Shown here in pieces: positions 59,400-64,000 of a stretch of 64,000 nt of DNA. Location: positions 372,001 through 436,000 of the forward strand of contig NW_024056036.1 in the NCBI RefSeq assembly GCF_902713615.1, given 5' to 3'. The stretch is from Scyliorhinus canicula (lineage: Eukaryota). A program made the position numbers and the translations under genes. Every line of letters begins with the position of its first letter. The first letter of the stretch is position 1. Below the pieces are notes generated by a model, which saw only the letters and a program-made list of their open reading frames with translations, was not told where the DNA came from and did no database searches.

Positions 59400-59865
59400 C
59401 ATAGAATTCCTACAGTGCAGAAGGAGGCCATTCGGCCCACCGGTCTGCACCTATGAACGGGCGGGAACAGAGGGAAGTAGACCTTGGAAAATAGGAGACA
59501 GGTTTAGATAAAAGATCTGGATCGGCGCAGGCTGGGAGGGCCGAAGGGCCTGTTCCTGTGCTGTAATTTTCTTTGTTCTATTCTCTGAAAGGGCACCCTG
59601 CCTCGGCCCACACCCCTACCCTGTCCCTGTAACTCCATAGCCTCACCTAACCTACATATCCCTGGACACTAAGGGGCAATTTATCAAGGCCAATCCACCT
59701 AACTTTCCCTTCTTCGGACTGTTGGAGGAAACCTGAGCAACGGGTGGAAACCCACGCAGACACGGGGAGAAAGTGCAAACTCCACACAGACAGTCCCCAA
59801 AACCGGAATTAAACCCGGGTCACTGGAGCTGTGAGGCAGCAGTGCTAACCACTGTGCCACCAGAA
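59400..59865 (-). mobile_element. V-SINE with CR1-type tails
   Basis: Reverse-complement head gcagcagtgctaaccactgtgccacc at ~59840; catagaattcctacagtgcagaaggaggccattcggccc tail. Confidence 0.75.
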
Positions 59866-60257
59866 GCATAGTTTCTGTATCAATAATACTGTTTATGAAG
59901 CTCAAGATCGAATTTGTTTTGCCAACTGCTCTCTTGATATGTCTTGTAAATATAAAAATCCCTCTTCACCTCTTTCTCTCTCCTTCCAAAGAGGCCAGTT
60001 GGGTTTTTATGACAATCCAGCAGTTTTCATTATCACTTTTTCCCAGTGCCAGCCCCACAAATGACCAGATTCATTCAGCTCAATTTCACAACCTGCCTTT
60101 TTGTTTTTGTGGGTTCTCTCTCACTCCCTATTTTCTGTTTTCAATCAGTTTCACAGGGTGTTCGAAGGGGAGGCTTCAAAGTCCGGAAACTCAAACTAGC
60201 GTCACATCTGGCAGAGTCCTCAATTTATCATATCCTGAATATCAGCAGATTTTGAAC

Positions 60258-61301
60258 ATGGAAGGAAAAAGCATTGTTCACAGTGGGGAGAAACCGTACA
60301 TGTGTTGTGTGTGTGGACGAGGATTCAGTCGATCATCAGGCCTCATGAAACACAAATGCAGTCACACGGAGGAGACACCGTGGAAATGTGCGGACTGTGG
60401 GAAAGGATTCACTTCCCCATCCAAGCTCGAAACTCATCGACGCAGTCACACCGGGGAGAGACCATTCACCTGCTCCAAATGTGGGAAGGGATTCACTCAG
60501 TCAAACGCCCTGCGGAAACACCAGCGAGGTCACACTGGGGAGAGGCCGTTCACCTGCTCTCAGTGTGGGAAGGGTTTCATTAATTCAACCGATCTGCTGA
60601 CACACCATCGAATTCACACCGGGGAGAGGTCATTCATCTGTTCCAAGTGTGGGAAGGGATTCATTCAGTTATCCCACCTGCAGACACACCAGAGAGTTCA
60701 CACTGGGGTGAGGCCGTTCACCTGCTCACAGTGTGGGAAAGATTTCATTAATTCAATCAATCTTCTGGCACATCAGCGAATTCACACTGGCGAGAGGCCA
60801 TTCATCTGTTCCAAGTGTGGGAAGGGATTCACTCAGTCATCCCACCTGCAGATACACCAACGAGTTCACACTGGGGTGAGGCCATTCACCTGCTCAGAGT
60901 GTGGGAAGGTATTTACTCAGTCATGCAACCTGCTGAGTCACCAGCGAGTTCACACTGATGAGAGACCATTCCAATGTCCAGACTGTGGGAAGTGCTTTAA
61001 AAGTTCTGGGGAACTGATGCTTCATCAACGTATTCACACTGACGAGAGACCGTTTAGGTGCTCTCACTGTGGGAATGGGTTCACACAATCATCTCAGCTC
61101 ATTGTACACCAGCGAATTCACACTGGGGAGAGGCCATTCGCCTGCCCCAAGTGTGGGAAGGGATTCACTCGATCATCTGACCTGCACGTGCACCAGCGAA
61201 TTCACACTGGAGAGAGACGATTCACCTGTTCAAAGTGTGGGAAGACATTCACCACTTCATCCTCCCAACTGAGACACCAACGAGGCCACAAACCACAGTG
61301 A
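60258..61301 (+). CDS. C2H2 zinc-finger array protein (ZNF-3), 12 intact fingers
   Basis: aacATGg start ([16 protein letters not shown]); 12 C-x2-C-x12-H-x3-H fingers; acceptor tttcacag| at 60156 in an open phase-1 frame; AATAAA at 61414. Confidence 0.92.
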   Translation: MEGKSIVHSGEKPYMCCVCGRGFSRSSGLMKHKCSHTEETPWKCADCGKGFTSPSKLETHRRSHTGERPFTCSKCGKGFTQSNALRKHQRGHTGERPFTCSQCGKGFINSTDLLTHHRIHTGERSFICSKCGKGFIQLSHLQTHQRVHTGVRPFTCSQCGKDFINSINLLAHQRIHTGERPFICSKCGKGFTQSSHLQIHQRVHTGVRPFTCSECGKVFTQSCNLLSHQRVHTDERPFQCPDCGKCFKSSGELMLHQRIHTDERPFRCSHCGNGFTQSSQLIVHQRIHTGERPFACPKCGKGFTRSSDLHVHQRIHTGERRFTCSKCGKTFTTSSSQLRHQRGHKPQ

Positions 61302-61659
61302 ATGTATTTTGCAGTTAACTCGCATGCAGGACTGAACCATGTTTGTTGGGTCTCTTTCTGCTGATAACAAACTCCAGCCCATTTACAGGCGCTAATATTC
61401 TGGCTAAAAGTCAAATAAATTAGATTTGTGTTAAATACGCAGTGTGTTGAAACTTTTTAATATCTCTGGCACAAGTTAGTTCCTTTTGAAGTACTCTCGC
61501 TCTCCCCTGTCTCTTCCATCCTCACCTCCAACAAGAAGTGTGAGGAGCTTGTGGAGCTTCTTTGTGACTGTGATTGAGTCAATCCGATCAGCTGTCTCTG
61601 CTGCTTCCCTCCCTTCCACGAGCCCACCGGACCAAACTGTCTCTAAATTTCATCCTTTC

Positions 61660-64000
61660 CCAATGAACAGGGGTGGGTCAGGCTTATGGGGCAGGGCCCG
61701 GCGGTGTGTTGATGGCGGATAAGAAAGGTGGGGGGTGGGGGGGGGGGGGGGGGGGGGGGTGGGGGGGGGGGGGGGGGGGGGTCGGACAGTGTGAGACCCC
61801 CAGTAAGGATAGTTACGTGGAACGTCAGAGGGCGAGGAGGTCTGGTCAAGAGGTCAAGGGTGCTTGCACATCTTAAAAGTCTGAAAACCGATGTGGCAAT
61901 GCTGCAGGAGACTCACTTGAGGGTGAGGGACCAGGTGAGACTTAAAAAGGGTTGGGTTAGCCAAATGCTTCACTCTGGATTTGATGGAAGGACTCGAGGG
62001 GTAGCAGTGTTGGTCAGCAAAAGGGTACGCTTCCAGATGGAGAAGGTAGTGGCAGATCAGGGGGCTAGATAGGTGATTGTGGCCGGGGCGCTGGACGGGA
62101 GATTAGTGGCGCTGGTAAGTGTATACGGTCCCAACTGGGACAATGCGGGATTTGCGAGGAAGGTGTTTGGAGCCAATCCTGACTTGGATACACACGAGCT
62201 GATTGTAGGGGGGGATTGGAACCTGGTGCAGGACCCAAGGTTGGACAGATCACGGCCGCACTCGCTGGTCCCATCAGGGAGGGCAAAGGCGCAAGCTGGG
62301 CTAATGGTGGAAATGGGAGGGGTGGACCCTTGGAGGTTCCTGCACCCAGGGGAACGGGAGTACTCGTTTTTCTCAGCAGTCCATAGGGTATACTCACAGA
62401 TTGACTTTTTTGTGGTGGGAAAGGCTTTGCTGGCTGGAGTCAAGGGGTCGGAATACTCTGCAATTGCTGTGTCGGATCACGCGCCACATTGGGTGGATAT
62501 GGTGCTGGAGAAGGGGGTAGCGCAGAGGCCGGGGTGGAAACTGGATGTGGGGCTTTTGGGGAACCAAGTATTCTGTGAAAAAATTGAAATGGTAATTAAG
62601 GAATATGTAAGATTCAACTGTACGGGTGAGGTATCAATGGCAGTCGTCTGGGAGGCCCTAAAGGCGGTAGTGAGGGGTGAGGTAATTTTGTTTAAGGCCA
62701 GGGTGGACAAAGACAAGATGTTGGAGCGGCAGAGGCTAATAGATGAGATGTTGGAGGCAGATAGGAGTTATGCAGAGGATGGGGACCCAGCGATGCTGGG
62801 AAAGAGGAAGGAACTACAGGCGAGCTTCGACCGACTATCCACCAGGAAGGCGGTGCACCAACTGAGGCGAGCGAGGGGTGCAGTTTATGAACAAGGAGAC
62901 AAGGAGATGTTGGCGGGTCAGCTCCGGAGGGAGGCAGCAGCAAGGGAAATTCTTCAGGTAAGGGATAGGGCCGGGAAGTTGGTGGTGGCTCCGGAGCTGA
63001 TTAACAAAGTTTTTGAGAAATTTTATGAGAGGTTGTACAGGTCAGAGCCACCCGGGGGAGACCGTGAGATGCTGGAATTTCTAGATGGGTTGGAGTAACC
63101 GAGGCTAGGGGAGGGAGACAGGGCTACATTAGAAGGAGCAATACTATAGCAGGAGATAAAAGATGCGATTGGAGGATGCAATCGGGTAAGTGGCAGGGCC
63201 GGATGGGTTTCCGGTGGAATATTATAAAAAATTTAAGGATAAGTTGGCACCCCTGATGGTGGAGATGTTTGACGAGGCGATAGGGAAGGGAGTGCTGCCG
63301 CAAACCTTGGAGCAGGCATCGATTTCACTGTTGCTTAAAAAGGATAGGGATCCGACGGAGTGTGGGTAGTATAGGCCCATTTCACTTCTTAATGTAGACG
63401 CAAAGGTACTGGCGGGTAGGCTGGAGGGGTGCCTCCCGAAGATGATAGGTGAGGATCAGACAGGGTTCGTGAAAGGGAGGCAGCTGTTTTTGAATATTAG
63501 GAGGGTTTTGAACGTTGTTATGGCACCGGCAGAAAGGAAGGAAACAGGTGGTGGTGGCTCTGGACGCCGAGAAGGCGTCTGATCGGGTGGAATGAGAGTA
63601 CCCGATGGCAGTGCTGGAGCGGTTTGGGATTGGACCAAGATTTGTGAACTGGGTAAAGTTATATAAGGAGCCGAAGGCGAGTGTCCACACAAACAATATC
63701 AGTTTGAGATACTTGTCTCTCCACCGTGGGATGAGACAGGGATGTCCTATGTCCCCCGTGCTGTTTGCGCTTGCGATTGAGCCATTGGCCATCGCATTAA
63801 GAAGTGCGGGAGCATGGAAAGGAATAGTGAGGGGGGGGGGATAGATCATGCGGTGTGCTTGTATGCCGACAACTTGCTGCTGTATGTGTCGGAGCCGAGT
63901 GCGTCGATAGGAGGAATATTGGAGTTGCTGCAGGTATTTGGGTCTTTCTCGGGGTACAAGCTGAACTTGGACAAGAGTGAGTATTTTGTGGTGTCTCGGC
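61660..64000 (+). mobile_element. L1-clade LINE ORF2 (APE endonuclease and RT), stops and frameshifts, runs off the window
   Basis: RIVTWNVRG...MLQETHL...IVGGDWN...SQIDFF...SDHAPH (EN); [19 protein letters not shown]...LYADN (RT). Preceded by a short L2-like fragment at 61490-61660. Confidence 0.93.

Noticed and set aside
14110-59865. SINE heads as tRNA genes, and their CACAGTG as RSS heptamers
   Set aside because: Heads run into V-SINE bodies and lack full cloverleaves; the heptamers have no correctly spaced nonamer.
59895-60156. Hydrophobic N-terminal extension of the 468-aa ZNF ORF
   Set aside because: It lies upstream of a clear polypyrimidine/AG acceptor at 60156, so it is probably intron read-through.

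Overview
Vertebrate genomic DNA, almost certainly a shark (elasmobranch IgM constant exons; HE1/V-SINE and CR1 repeats). Species cannot be fixed from sequence alone. Bases 1-7120 are a G-rich 39-bp tandem array full of GAGCTGGGG/AGCT/AGCA motifs. It ends about 0.7 kb upstream of an intact IgM heavy-chain constant gene: CH1 7792-8091, CH2 8292-8603, CH3 9242-9550, CH4 plus secretory tail 11127-11518, TM1 15189-15316, TM2 15455-15463. By position, strand asymmetry and motif content the array resembles a tetrapod class-switch (S) region, which sharks are generally thought to lack. This is the main finding; its function is inferred, not shown. No V, D or J segment is in the window. The remaining ~48 kb is a TE-dense birth-and-death cluster of effector-less C2H2 zinc-finger genes (three open arrays plus several relics) with duplicated CCAAT/GC/NRF1/YY1 promoter modules. 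It also holds two CpG-decayed tRNA pseudogenes, nested LINEs (CR1, Rex1/Babar-like, L1), several SINE families, a solo LTR and a TIR element. Exon, tRNA, LTR and TSD coordinates were read base by base. Boundaries of degenerate repeats are approximate (tens of bp).
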